Assembly: GCA_003056265.1 (NCBI GenBank)
Contig: NBVN01000001.1
Location: 60,001-92,000 of the forward strand
Direction of reading: 5' to 3'
DNA: 32,000 bases
Source: Zestosphaera tikiterensis
GTDB taxonomy: Archaea > Thermoproteota > Thermoprotei_A > Sulfolobales > NBVN01
In this document: positions 16,401-24,913 of the stretch, in pieces
Position numbering within the stretch: the first letter of the stretch is position 1
How the letters are laid out: each line of letters begins with the position of its first letter
Notes under the pieces: model-generated
Told to the model about the DNA's origin: nothing
Database searches by the model: none
What the model saw: the letters and a program-made list of their open reading frames with translations, nothing else
Program-made: the position numbers and the translations under genes

Positions 16401-17056
16401 TCAGCCTTTCGAGGTTTTCTCACGTACTATCCGAACTATCTTATCTATTCTGAAGCCTCCGACGAATACCCCATGACTGTCTTTGGATCCATTGACATAC
16501 TCTACCTCAAGACCCGCCCAAACCCCAACCTCAGGGTCTTCCTTAAGGATTATCCTAACGTTTTCAACCCTGCCAATCATAACGTATGGAGGTATACGAT
16601 ACATAGAGTCGTTGATTACGAATGAACCGTTTACGCTTTTAAGTACCCGTATCATAAGTATAGCGTTCTTCACCATTTCTAAGTCTTTAATCATAGGTGC
16701 TATTACTAAAGTTCCATTACCTAAGTCAATACTTACTAATAACGCTTTCTTCTCAACACATCCTGCAGGGAACTCATACTCAAGGGTCTCCTGATCAACG
16801 ACAGTGCCGTTCACGCCTATAGTCATCACGTGAAGGTAGTACTTATCCGGACATGATAGGCTATGATCTTCTGAAATCTCCACTATATCCTCCCTAACCT
16901 CCACAACTGGAACTGAAATCCGATTATTAAGCCATGCCGAACTACTAAAAACTTCTAAGGAATTATATAAGCGGAATTATATAAGCTAAAAATCAAACCT
17001 AGTGCTACAGCCACCGCAAATAACACTAACAGGACGAATATAATCCTCACATTCAC
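16401..17056 (-). pseudogene. Signal-anchored hypothetical protein gene frameshifted by a 14-bp tandem duplication
   Basis: The upstream frame from GTG 17056 (AGGTG upstream) encodes VNVRIIFVLLVLFAVAVALGLIFSLYNS, then stops. Deleting one copy of ggaattatataagc joins it in frame to ..LEVFSSSAWLNNRISVPVVEVREDIVEIS.. of ORF 16401-16904. Confidence 0.6.
16959..16986. repeat. Perfect tandem duplication of a 14-mer, ggaattatataagc twice
   Basis: Read directly: 16959-16972 is identical to 16973-16986. Confidence 0.95.
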
Positions 17057-17403
17057 GTAAGCACCTAAAAATTCTCCGCATTAGAAGTTAATAAGTTTTA
17101 CCTACGAGATTACTAATATGCTTGCTTTACCTAGTAATACATTGGAAACTAATTTCTACACGACTTTTAAATCCAAAAATAAAGCATGCTCTTTTTTATG
17201 AATTCTACCGAGTTTTCGGAGGTTCTGGATATTGCCTTAGTTCATTAAGGAATGGTTGTTTATGTTGGTGGTGTCGCTGCGGGTTTATGCTCTTTGATTT
17301 TTCCCTCGAAAATTTATTAAGTGTTGCTATAGATAATAAGTGGGATGTAGGGATTCTGACGAACGATGAGCAGTTGTGAGATAAGGGTGAAGAACCCAGA
17401 ACC

Positions 17404-17515
17404 CCTTCACATTCGCTTAAGGGAGTCTGACGGAGCAATGCGGGAGTCTAAGGCAGTGAAGCCAGGCTCCCGAAGGGCGGGTGTGGAGGAAACAATGAGG
17501 AATGAAGACCCAACA
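17404..17515 (-). repeat. GC-rich structured element, copy C of the dispersed family
   Basis: Its reverse complement aligns colinearly with 23001-23118: gggtc..att..cctcc..cccttcgggagcc ... agactccc ... cattgctccgtcagactccc. The internal direct repeat gggagtct occurs twice. Confidence 0.5.
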
Positions 17516-17521
17516 TAAAGG

Positions 17522-17926
17522 TCAGACCTCTGGAGGGTGGGTTATTTCTTTGAATAGCTCTAAGACCTTACCTACTATAGTGGTTCCACGTTCTGTGAGG
17601 CTGTATATGTTGAAGCGTTTTACTCGCTTTACCTCTACTAAGTTGAGTTCCATTAGTTTAGTTAAGTGATGTGAGATAAGCGTCCTATCCTGCTTAAGTA
17701 TGTATGCTATTACGCAAGTCGGTAGCGGTGATTGATGTAGGAGGTAGAGGATCTTGAATCTAGTAGGTTCTAAAACTGACCTTAAAAGCTTGAGGGGGTT
17801 TTCAAGACTTTCGCTTGGTAGGTGTAAGGTTTTATCAATGTCTTGAATTGGGGGGATTGCTGAGCAGAGACCTAACTCTCTAATCTTAAGCGTCACTTCC
17901 TTTAAAGGATGTTGATCCACGGCCAC
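17522..17926 (-). CDS. ArsR/SmtB-family winged-helix transcriptional regulator
   Basis: TRFKILYLLHQSPLPTCVIAYILKQDRTLISHHLTKLMELNLVEVKRVKRFNIYSLTERG is the canonical ArsR HTH plus wing. Confidence 0.8.
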   Translation of the reverse strand: MAVDQHPLKEVTLKIRELGLCSAIPPIQDIDKTLHLPSESLENPLKLLRSVLEPTRFKILYLLHQSPLPTCVIAYILKQDRTLISHHLTKLMELNLVEVKRVKRFNIYSLTERGTTIVGKVLELFKEITHPPEV

Positions 17927-18018
17927 CTACACCGAAAATATGTGGTTAAGAGTTGTTATTAACTTATGCGGAGTTAAGGCATACCTCTTAAATTAGAGAA
18001 AAGATATTTACCTACCCC

Positions 18019-18219
18019 CTACTCACCGTAATATCTTATAGCTCCCGACGGGCATATCCTTTGGCAACCTCTACAGAGTTCAACGCAGTTATCTGGGTTT
18101 ACTACCTTAGGCTTCCCGTCGTCGTTTACCGTATACACATTATGTGGGCAGAAGTTAACGCAGGTTAAGCAACCCGTACACTTACTGTAGTCTATTATTG
18201 GATACCAATCCCTAGCCAT
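18019..18219 (-). CDS. Small 2x[4Fe-4S] ferredoxin-type protein
   Basis: 66 aa with CTGCLTCVNFCP and CVELCRGCQRICP cluster motifs. Confidence 0.85.
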   Translation of the reverse strand: MARDWYPIIDYSKCTGCLTCVNFCPHNVYTVNDDGKPKVVNPDNCVELCRGCQRICPSGAIRYYGE

Positions 18220-18228
18220 ACCTACCCC

Positions 18229-18558
18229 CTACTCCTGAAGTGCTTTCTCTATTACCTGAATAGCCTCCTCAGTAGTTAAGTTCCTTATCTCAACAGGTTT
18301 AAACTTAGACTCTTCAAAACCTGTCTCCTTAAACACCCATCTAAACATCTTCAACTGCATATCTGGAGCACATCCCGCTACAACAAGCTTAGTTATCTTA
18401 TTGCCGTCAGATAATAAAGTCCTCCAGAAGTTATCACCGTCGGTAGCACATAGTTGTGGATGTATCGCGGCAAAATCAACTTTCTTCTCACGTCTGAACT
18501 TATTCACTACTGCAAATATATCTATTTTAGAGAACGAAGGACAAGTACCTTGACACAC
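18229..18558 (-). CDS. Small Cys-containing protein resembling a segment of HdrA-type heterodisulfide reductase (function uncertain)
   Basis: 109 aa. The pattern HPQLCATDG...LVVAGCAPDMQLKMFR...FKPVEIRN resembles the ..lC....vvaaCsP..he..F....v.iRe.. segment of HdrA-like proteins. It lies 10 nt upstream of the ferredoxin gene. Confidence 0.45.
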   Translation of the reverse strand: MCQGTCPSFSKIDIFAVVNKFRREKKVDFAAIHPQLCATDGDNFWRTLLSDGNKITKLVVAGCAPDMQLKMFRWVFKETGFEESKFKPVEIRNLTTEEAIQVIEKALQE

Positions 18559-18592
18559 ATACTACCAAACCCTTCATGTGAATCACCAATCA

Positions 18593-18610
18593 CGTGAATA
18601 AATATTCACG
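18593..18610. promoter_or_regulatory. Palindrome CGTGAATA-AA-TATTCACG overlapping the A/T-rich promoter region of the Fe-S gene pair
   Basis: The 8-bp arms are exact and lie 35-52 nt upstream of the GTG at 18558. An extra GTGAAT half-site sits at about 18578. Confidence 0.4.
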
Positions 18611-18974
18611 CAAATAAAAGCTTTACAGTAATTAAACACTTTAATTAAACTATAACAACATAAACAATCCTACAACATGCTCATCATAGAATAAACGCAT
18701 TGAATGCTGATATACTTCGGAATACTCACGTCCCACTATAGCTGATAACTCCGACTTATGTTTAAGCTCTTAAAGCAACGTTAGTAACTTACTTACTAAC
18801 TAACGACGGTAATTCGTTCTTAACTGGCTGAAAAGAGATGCCCCTCCTTAAGGGGGTTATCTCCATTTATCATCGTTCCTTAAAGGTCTTCAACTGTAAA
18901 ACTTAAGTAAACATAACGTTGTGGATAACCTTTAGAAGGGAAAGTATTAATTTAGATAATGAACGAGTATTTAA

Positions 18975-20192
18975 TTACTTACCTAAAGCACGAGCGTAGA
19001 AACTCCAAGCGTTCGGATCTCCTTTATCCAGTCTCCAAACGGCTATCCCCTTAAGCTCATATTTCACGGCTATAAACGCTCTATAGTAGCCCATCTCGCC
19101 GTCTACGAAGTACGCAACTTCGTTGTTTAGCTCTAGAACTTTCTCCATTAATTCCTTATCTATCGTGTAGTTCTTACCGCTTTTTTCAATAAGTGCGAGC
19201 CAATCTGGATAAAGTAGCCAACCCCTAAATGTTCCATCTACGGACCATGTCTTCCCGTAATTGGGGATTCCTAAGATCAGCTTTTCAGGTGGTATGTATT
19301 GTAGCGCATATCTTACGCAGTCTTCAACCCACCAAATCGGGGCTACGGGCTTAGGCCCGCTTACCCATTCATAGAAATCGTACGCCATGATGATAACTGC
19401 GTCGACTTCCGTCTTCCCTAACTTGGCGTAATCGTAAGTTGCTGTATAGCTGGAGGGCCACTCCATCCTTTTAGCTGGTACGTCCACCGTAAGTATGAGT
19501 CCATTACTATGGAGTTTCTTAGCAAGCCTATCTATAAATGACGCGAATTCTGTTGAGTATTCAGGTATTGAGACTTCGAAGTCTATGTTGTAGCCGTAGT
19601 AGTTATATTTCTTAGCGAGGTATACCAGCTCAGCAGATAACGAATCTATCGCGTTGGGGTCCGTAACGAGTTTCCTCACCAACTCGCTATTTGCTGAGAC
19701 CAGCATAGGCATAAGCTTAACTCCTAAACTGTTTAGGAACTCTATAAACTCCCTATCCTCCGCACATCTTTTATCGTACTTACCCACACTTAAATCCTCT
19801 GTAAGGTAGTACCAGTCGGGAGACACTATATCTATTTGCCTTGAGAACCTTTCTAAAACACTCCATTCACTCTTATCGCATGTGCTAAGCATCCAAGCAA
19901 TCACGAGTTGATTCCCTTGCGGTATTATCACTTTTCTCTCAGTTATAGTTGATGTTGAAGTGGTAGTAGATGTGAAGGTAATGAACTCAGTCCTTGACAC
20001 AGTCTTAACCACCGTAATAGTTACTGTAGTTGGTAAGGTAAAAGTCTTAATATCTGTTTTAATGCTTGTAATAAGTTTCGTAACCTCAACTGTATGTGTA
20101 GGAAAGCTCGAGCCTAACCCATAACCTAAGGCAATGCCCAACAAAAGAAGTGTTGCTAAGCCAATTACGTAACCTAACTTCATATCAATCAC
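18975..20192 (-). CDS. Membrane-anchored GH18-like (chitinase-fold) protein
   Basis: N-terminal TM helix and a Thr-rich stalk. YGYNIDFE matches the D-x-E end of the GH18 DxxDxDxE motif, with the upstream Asp residues replaced. The ATG at 20183 is an alternative start. Confidence 0.7.
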   Translation of the reverse strand: MIDMKLGYVIGLATLLLLGIALGYGLGSSFPTHTVEVTKLITSIKTDIKTFTLPTTVTITVVKTVSRTEFITFTSTTTSTSTITERKVIIPQGNQLVIAWMLSTCDKSEWSVLERFSRQIDIVSPDWYYLTEDLSVGKYDKRCAEDREFIEFLNSLGVKLMPMLVSANSELVRKLVTDPNAIDSLSAELVYLAKKYNYYGYNIDFEVSIPEYSTEFASFIDRLAKKLHSNGLILTVDVPAKRMEWPSSYTATYDYAKLGKTEVDAVIIMAYDFYEWVSGPKPVAPIWWVEDCVRYALQYIPPEKLILGIPNYGKTWSVDGTFRGWLLYPDWLALIEKSGKNYTIDKELMEKVLELNNEVAYFVDGEMGYYRAFIAVKYELKGIAVWRLDKGDPNAWSFYARALGK

Positions 20193-20318
20193 AACATAAA
20201 TATTTACTACTAACTACTTATTAATTAAAAATTAGTGTGTTACGTACTGAACTTTAGGTGGGGTTATTAACGTGAGGAACTATGTTGTAGACCGCGGCGT
20301 TTTAATTTTTAAGTTTCG

Positions 20319-22307
20319 TTAGTCTTTCTCTTCAATGCCTTGAAGGTGTTTCAGGAACCAACGCGTTATGTGCTTCAGTCTTTCAACTCTATGTTTTGGT
20401 TTTCCGCTTCTGCTGAGTTCGTGGTTCTCTCCTGGGAATAGTACGAGGCGTGTTTCAACTCCTTTAAGCTTTAGAGCTGTGAAGAACTCTATTGCTTGGT
20501 CTAGCCAGCAACGGTAGTCTTCCATACTGTGGATTATCAAGGTCGGGGTTTTCGCGTTCTCCACGTGCATTATCGGGCTCTTCTCGAGGTATGCCTGCGG
20601 GTTCTTCCAAGGTGGTTGACCGCATCCTATCATTTCAGAGTTGAAGTAGAAGCCTATATCCGTAGTTCCGAATTTACTTATCCAGTCACTTATGGATCTT
20701 TGGGTTACCGCAGCCGCGAATCTATCTGTATGTGTGACTATCCAGTTGACCATGAACCCTCCGTAACTGCCTCCAGCAACGCCAACACGTTTCGGATCGA
20801 GTTTACCTCTATACTTAGTTAGTACGTAATCAACAGCTTCCATTAAATCTTGATAGTCTCTCTCCCCGAAGTGACATCTTATATCAGCGAATTCCTCGCT
20901 ATAGCCGTCACTACCTCTGGGGTTGGTATACACTACTGCGAATCCTTTATGTGCGAGTAGGTGGAATTCGAAGAAGAAGCCGTCTCCATACATGGTTTTA
21001 GGGCCGCCGTGTATATAGAGTATCCAAGGCAGTTCCTCACTCTTCACAGCTTCTTTAGGGGGCCAAAGCACCCAACCATCTATTTCAACGCCGTCGCTTG
21101 CTTTAAACGTGAAGTGCTTAGGCTTCGTTAAGTTGAAGGACTTAACGAAGAATTCGTTGAAGTTGGTTAACTTGGTTAAGCTACTAGCTTTAAACGCGTA
21201 GAGTTCGGCAGGCTCGATGGGGCTCATGGATGTGAAGACTGCGAGGTCTTCACTTGAAGAAACGTCAAACTCGTCCACGCTTCTTCCGTCGAGTTCAACA
21301 TACTTCTCCAGCCCTCCATCTAAAGACGCACGGTAGAGTGTGACTTTACCGGCGTCGGGTACTAAGAAGTATATATGGCCGTCCTGAAGCCCGCCTCTAG
21401 AGACCCACTTAAGCGTTGGTGAGCAGCTTTTCCACCTAGCGTCACTCCCTAAAGTGTTTAACACGTTTCTATCTAGTCCTTTGGTTAAAGACTTAAACTC
21501 TCCGGAGTTGAGGTCATATACGTATACCCTATTATGCGAGGCGAAACCTCTTTCCCCGCTAACGTTCCTGCCTATAAAGGCTATCTTACTACCGTCAGGA
21601 CTCCACGTAAGCGCCGATACTGAATAACCCTTTATAGGGAGTTCAACACGTTCTCCCGACCCTACGTCAAGTATGAACACCCTAGATTCGTAAGGCTTTA
21701 ATTCATCGACGGATGCTGCGTAGGCAAGCTTTCTGCTGTCAGGACTCCAAGCTAGGGTGGTGACGTTGTAGTCGCCGTTAGTTAATTGTTGTGTGATGCC
21801 GCTTGACGTATCTACGATGAAAATATGTTTTCTGAGGTTGTAGGTGAATCCCTCGCCGTTATTCCATATCGGTATTCTGTCTATTACCTTCACGTCTTCA
21901 TGAACCTCACCCACCTTGGATATTACGGCGATTTTCTTAGAGTCTGGAGACCATCTATACTCTGCTATACCGCCTTTAAAGTAGGCAAGTTTCCATGGCT
22001 CTTTAGACTCAAGAGACGCTATGTATATGTTCGCCCCTTTCTCGCCTTCTAATAAACCACGCCGCGATATAAACGCTAGCTTCCTACCGTCAGGACACCA
22101 CTGCGGGCAGGTGTCTTCAGGCCCGCTAGTGAAGGGATATACCTCACCACTTCCTACGTTTGCTATCCATACAGCTGATTCATATAAGTTCTTCTCAAGG
22201 TTTATCTTGGCCGTGAGGAACGCAACCATCTCTAAAGACGGGTGGAGGACGGGACTTGACACTAGAACAAGCTTTGAAAGATCTTCGTAGTTTAGGAGGC
22301 TAACCAA
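20319..22307 (-). CDS. S9-family serine peptidase (acylaminoacyl-peptidase / prolyl oligopeptidase type)
   Basis: The N-terminal beta-propeller carries repeated WSPDG/WSPDS motifs. The nucleophile elbow is GVAGGSYGG, followed by a downstream Asp (SMEDYRC) and His (GENHELS). Confidence 0.9.
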   Translation of the reverse strand: MVSLLNYEDLSKLVLVSSPVLHPSLEMVAFLTAKINLEKNLYESAVWIANVGSGEVYPFTSGPEDTCPQWCPDGRKLAFISRRGLLEGEKGANIYIASLESKEPWKLAYFKGGIAEYRWSPDSKKIAVISKVGEVHEDVKVIDRIPIWNNGEGFTYNLRKHIFIVDTSSGITQQLTNGDYNVTTLAWSPDSRKLAYAASVDELKPYESRVFILDVGSGERVELPIKGYSVSALTWSPDGSKIAFIGRNVSGERGFASHNRVYVYDLNSGEFKSLTKGLDRNVLNTLGSDARWKSCSPTLKWVSRGGLQDGHIYFLVPDAGKVTLYRASLDGGLEKYVELDGRSVDEFDVSSSEDLAVFTSMSPIEPAELYAFKASSLTKLTNFNEFFVKSFNLTKPKHFTFKASDGVEIDGWVLWPPKEAVKSEELPWILYIHGGPKTMYGDGFFFEFHLLAHKGFAVVYTNPRGSDGYSEEFADIRCHFGERDYQDLMEAVDYVLTKYRGKLDPKRVGVAGGSYGGFMVNWIVTHTDRFAAAVTQRSISDWISKFGTTDIGFYFNSEMIGCGQPPWKNPQAYLEKSPIMHVENAKTPTLIIHSMEDYRCWLDQAIEFFTALKLKGVETRLVLFPGENHELSRSGKPKHRVERLKHITRWFLKHLQGIEEKD

Positions 22308-22468
22308 GACATAGACACCATTAAATAACTACGTCTAAGTTTTAAAACTAATTTCTCCATATAATATTATTAAGAAATTCTCGATTACTTCAGGCTTCTT
22401 TAAACCCTGCTGATGTTTCAGGTAAGTCCGCTTTTATATGGAAATACATTGAAAGCTTGGTGTGTTAA

Positions 22469-22957
22469 ATGGTTGCTGAATTGCTAGCTATTCTAGCAGC
22501 TTTATTCTTTGGCTTAAACCTAGCGACCTCTAGGAGAGGTCTCCTCCACGCTTACGCATATACCGGTGTGTTTCTAAGTTTAGTTATTGGCTGCCCTATG
22601 TACTTACTTACCTCCTTACTTGTCGGTGAGTTTAAGGACTTCACATTCGACGTTTATGGGTTGATCGCAGTTTCCTTAGCTGGACTGCTGCACTTCAGCT
22701 TGGGTAGATATCTCCTATATAGAAGCGTTCAGTTAGTAGGCGCTAACGTTTCAGGAACTATAACCGCTTCCAGCGCGTTATACTCAACTATTTTGGGGGT
22801 CCTATTACTTAAGGAGGAGTTATCAGCTCTTGCCGCTGTTGGAGTTTCATTAATTATAGTTGGAGTTACTATGGTATCGCTTAGGGGTTTGTCGGCGTTT
22901 AAATCGCTTAAAGGGGTTTCCTACGCGTTACTTACTAGCGTCATATTCTCGGTGACC
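22469..22957 (+). pseudogene. EamA/DMT-family transporter gene, 5' fragment (interrupted by the mobile element)
   Basis: First five-TM EamA repeat. After ..SYALLTSVIFSVT the reading frame runs into element sequence and stops at 22985-22987. Confidence 0.75.
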
Positions 22958-23000
22958 GCTCACCTCAACCGTGCCCTCATATATTAAACTGTGTTAGGCA

Positions 23001-23118
23001 CGGCTGGGGTCATTACGGCTATTATCCTCCCGACCACCCTACGGGAGCCGAACTCCCCTCAGATAATCGGGGTTCATCTAGATTCATCAGCCTCACTCAT
23101 TCATTGGCTTCAGACTCC
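23001..23118 (+). repeat. GC-rich structured element, copy D, forming the left-end region of the TnpB element
   Basis: Colinear similarity to the reverse complement of 17404-17515 and to 750-849. It lies between the insertion junction and the RHH gene. Confidence 0.5.
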
Positions 23119-23180
23119 AATAATATGAGGAGGGAAAGCTTTATAAGTCTTACTTCTTTCACTTCTTATAGGTGTCATAC

Positions 23181-23336
23181 ATGGTTAGGAAGACTATTGA
23201 AGTACTAGATGAGCTATGGAGAGAATTCGAGATTGAAGCTGTAAAGAAGTTTGGTCATTATGGTGCTATTAAGAAAGCGACAGAGGAGGCGATTAAGCTA
23301 TGGCTAGAGAAACAGAAGAAGAAAGAGCAACAATAG
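23181..23336 (+). CDS. Small ribbon-helix-helix (CopG/VapB-like) protein encoded inside the element
   Basis: 51 aa, below the ORF-track cutoff: MVRKTIEVLDELWREFEIEAVKKFGHYGAIKKATEEAIKLWLEKQKKKEQQ. An N-terminal beta-strand is followed by two helices. It overlaps the TnpB-like ORF by 37 nt. Confidence 0.6.
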   Translation: MVRKTIEVLDELWREFEIEAVKKFGHYGAIKKATEEAIKLWLEKQKKKEQQ

Positions 23337-24331
23337 TGGGAAAGCTAAGCCTAGATGAGGTCTCTCTCAGCAAGCTAATCAACTTAATGAGACTCTTCAG
23401 AGATGCCGTGGAATATGCGCATGCCCTACTGTTCAGAGTAGGAGTCGAGGAAAGCGAAGTTAAAAGGAAGGTAACAGGTATCCTATCTAATGCTTGGTAC
23501 GCTAACTCTGCTATAAAGGTAGCTAAGCTGTATAAGGAGCAAGAGAGGATTAAGCTGAGGAAACCGCTACTGTATTCTGTTGGCTGTTCAAGTGAGAAAG
23601 GTAATCGAAACATTAGGTTAGTGGCTACAGATAAAGCTCTAATCAAGATACCTCATGCGGATGGTAGACATGAGTGGATTAAAGCTACTGTCAAGTTCGG
23701 ACGAAGACACCTACCACTAATTCAGGAATTGATGACTGGTAGCTACAGTTATGGAGCAGGTATAACAATAAAGCTCAAAAGTAAGAGAGAGAATTGGAGG
23801 AAGGTATTCAGGAAGAGACTATATCTTTATCTAAATATTCCCATAGAGCTTTACCTAAAGTACTTTGAGAAGAAGCACAAGGTTCAGCCAGACGCTAACT
23901 TTTACGCTGGCTTTGACTTTAATGTTGATAGAATAAACATGGCCATAGTAGACTCATATGGGAGATTAAGAGATGTGAGGAATGCTCATTTTCCAGAAGT
24001 TGTAACGTTGCCTAGAGAGAAGGCTAAAGTGATTAGGCAAGAATCACTATCAAGACTTCTAGAATATGCTGTTGCTCATGGTGTAAGGTATTTTGCTGTT
24101 GAAAAGCTTAAGAGACCTAGTGAAAATCATGGAAAAGTTGGTAGGTGGTCTTTGAGGGAATACTTACAACAGATGAAGATACTTGTTAAAAAGGTAAATG
24201 GAGTCTTAATTGAGGTTAATCCAGCATATACCTCAATAGATGCTACAGCGGTAGCACTAAGTAGGAGAATTGACATTCATACTGCCTCAGCTTACTTGAT
24301 AGCCCTACGTGGTATAGAAAGATACGTTTAA
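23300..24331 (+). CDS. tnpB: TnpB-like (IS605 OrfB family) RuvC-fold protein lacking the zinc-ribbon insertion
   Basis: 343 aa. The RuvC-I Asp lies in AGFDFNVDRINMAIVD, the RuvC-II Glu in YFAVEKLK and the NPAYTS motif follows. The RuvC-III Asp lies in RIDIHTASAYLIALRG. Only about a dozen Cys-free residues separate NPAYTS from the last Asp, where CxxC..CxxC normally sits. Confidence 0.8.
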   Translation: MARETEEERATIVGKLSLDEVSLSKLINLMRLFRDAVEYAHALLFRVGVEESEVKRKVTGILSNAWYANSAIKVAKLYKEQERIKLRKPLLYSVGCSSEKGNRNIRLVATDKALIKIPHADGRHEWIKATVKFGRRHLPLIQELMTGSYSYGAGITIKLKSKRENWRKVFRKRLYLYLNIPIELYLKYFEKKHKVQPDANFYAGFDFNVDRINMAIVDSYGRLRDVRNAHFPEVVTLPREKAKVIRQESLSRLLEYAVAHGVRYFAVEKLKRPSENHGKVGRWSLREYLQQMKILVKKVNGVLIEVNPAYTSIDATAVALSRRIDIHTASAYLIALRGIERYV

Positions 24332-24359
24332 CACAAAAAGTCATAATTTAAAGTTTCTA

Positions 24360-24740
24360 CCGCTCTTAGTTAAGATTGGTACTACAGGCTTAAAAACACC
24401 GATTCTTTCGATATTTATCTCATATTTAATTGCCTTAGCTTCATACATACCGCTGTTGATTTTTAAATCTGAATTACGGCGTGAGCTAAGGGGTTTTAAC
24501 GTTATGCCGTTAACTTCTTTAATGGTGGCGGCGTTAGCCGTTAATATAGCGCAACTCATTCGCTACTACGCTTTAAGCTTAGGTAATGTTAGCGTAGTTA
24601 CGCCGATAGTTTCTACGAATCCTTTATTTGGTATCGTGTTTTCATACTTAATTAATAGGGAGGTAGAGGACTTCAGCCTTAAGTTAGTGTTTGGGTCGTT
24701 GATTATGATCGTCGGGATTTTCCTTATAACTGCTACATAG
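24360..24740 (+). pseudogene. EamA/DMT-family transporter gene, 3' fragment
   Basis: The frame is open from the junction: PLLVKIGTTGLKTPILSIFISYLIALASYIPLLIF...SLGNVSVVTPIVSTNPLFGIVFSYLIN...IMIVGIFLITAT. This is the second EamA repeat. Confidence 0.75.
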
Positions 24741-24913
24741 CAGTAACGCAGTGCCTGAAGTATTTCATGGAAAAATACGTCAAAATAGTGATGTAGGTCT
24801 ATATCTATTGAGTGAGGGCTTTAAAGATTGTTAAGCTCTGGCAAGGGTGGATTAGGTAATTACTTAAGTAAAGTTTATTTTACGTGATGAAACCTTATTG
24901 AGGTGGTGTAGGT

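Larger units (their letters stand above)
22958..24359 (+). mobile_element. IS200/IS605-like TnpB-only element (about 1.4 kb) carrying an RHH gene and a TnpB-like gene
   Basis: Joining 22957 to 24360 restores an uninterrupted EamA ORF (..IFSVT|PLLVKIGTTGL..) of 289 aa. No target-site duplication is needed, as is typical for this IS family. The left end has a subterminal hairpin, CCGTGCC at 22969-22975 pairing with GGCACGG at 22997-23003. Confidence 0.7.

Noticed and set aside
17122-17438. ORFs 17122-17379 (+) and 17205-17438 (-)
   Set aside because: They overlap each other in an intergenic stretch that includes part of element copy C. Neither has motifs or translation-start context.
17430-17485. 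SRP-RNA helix-8-like strings (ggagcaatgc, ccaggctcccgaaggg) in element copy C
   Set aside because: The loop is not a GNAR tetraloop in the right context. The rest of an SRP RNA is absent, and the segment is one member of a multi-copy family.
22955-24365. 7-nt direct repeat accgctc at both junctions of the TnpB element (22955-22961 and 24359-24365), a possible target-site duplication
   Set aside because: Joining the EamA fragments across this repeat shifts the reading frame and creates an immediate stop. Joining 22957 to 24360 without any duplication restores the ORF. The repeat therefore looks partly coincidental, consistent with the lack of duplication in IS200/IS605-type insertion.
24341-24559. 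72-aa minus-strand ORF
   Set aside because: It is antisense to the EamA 3' fragment, whose frame is open and shows clear transporter-repeat features.
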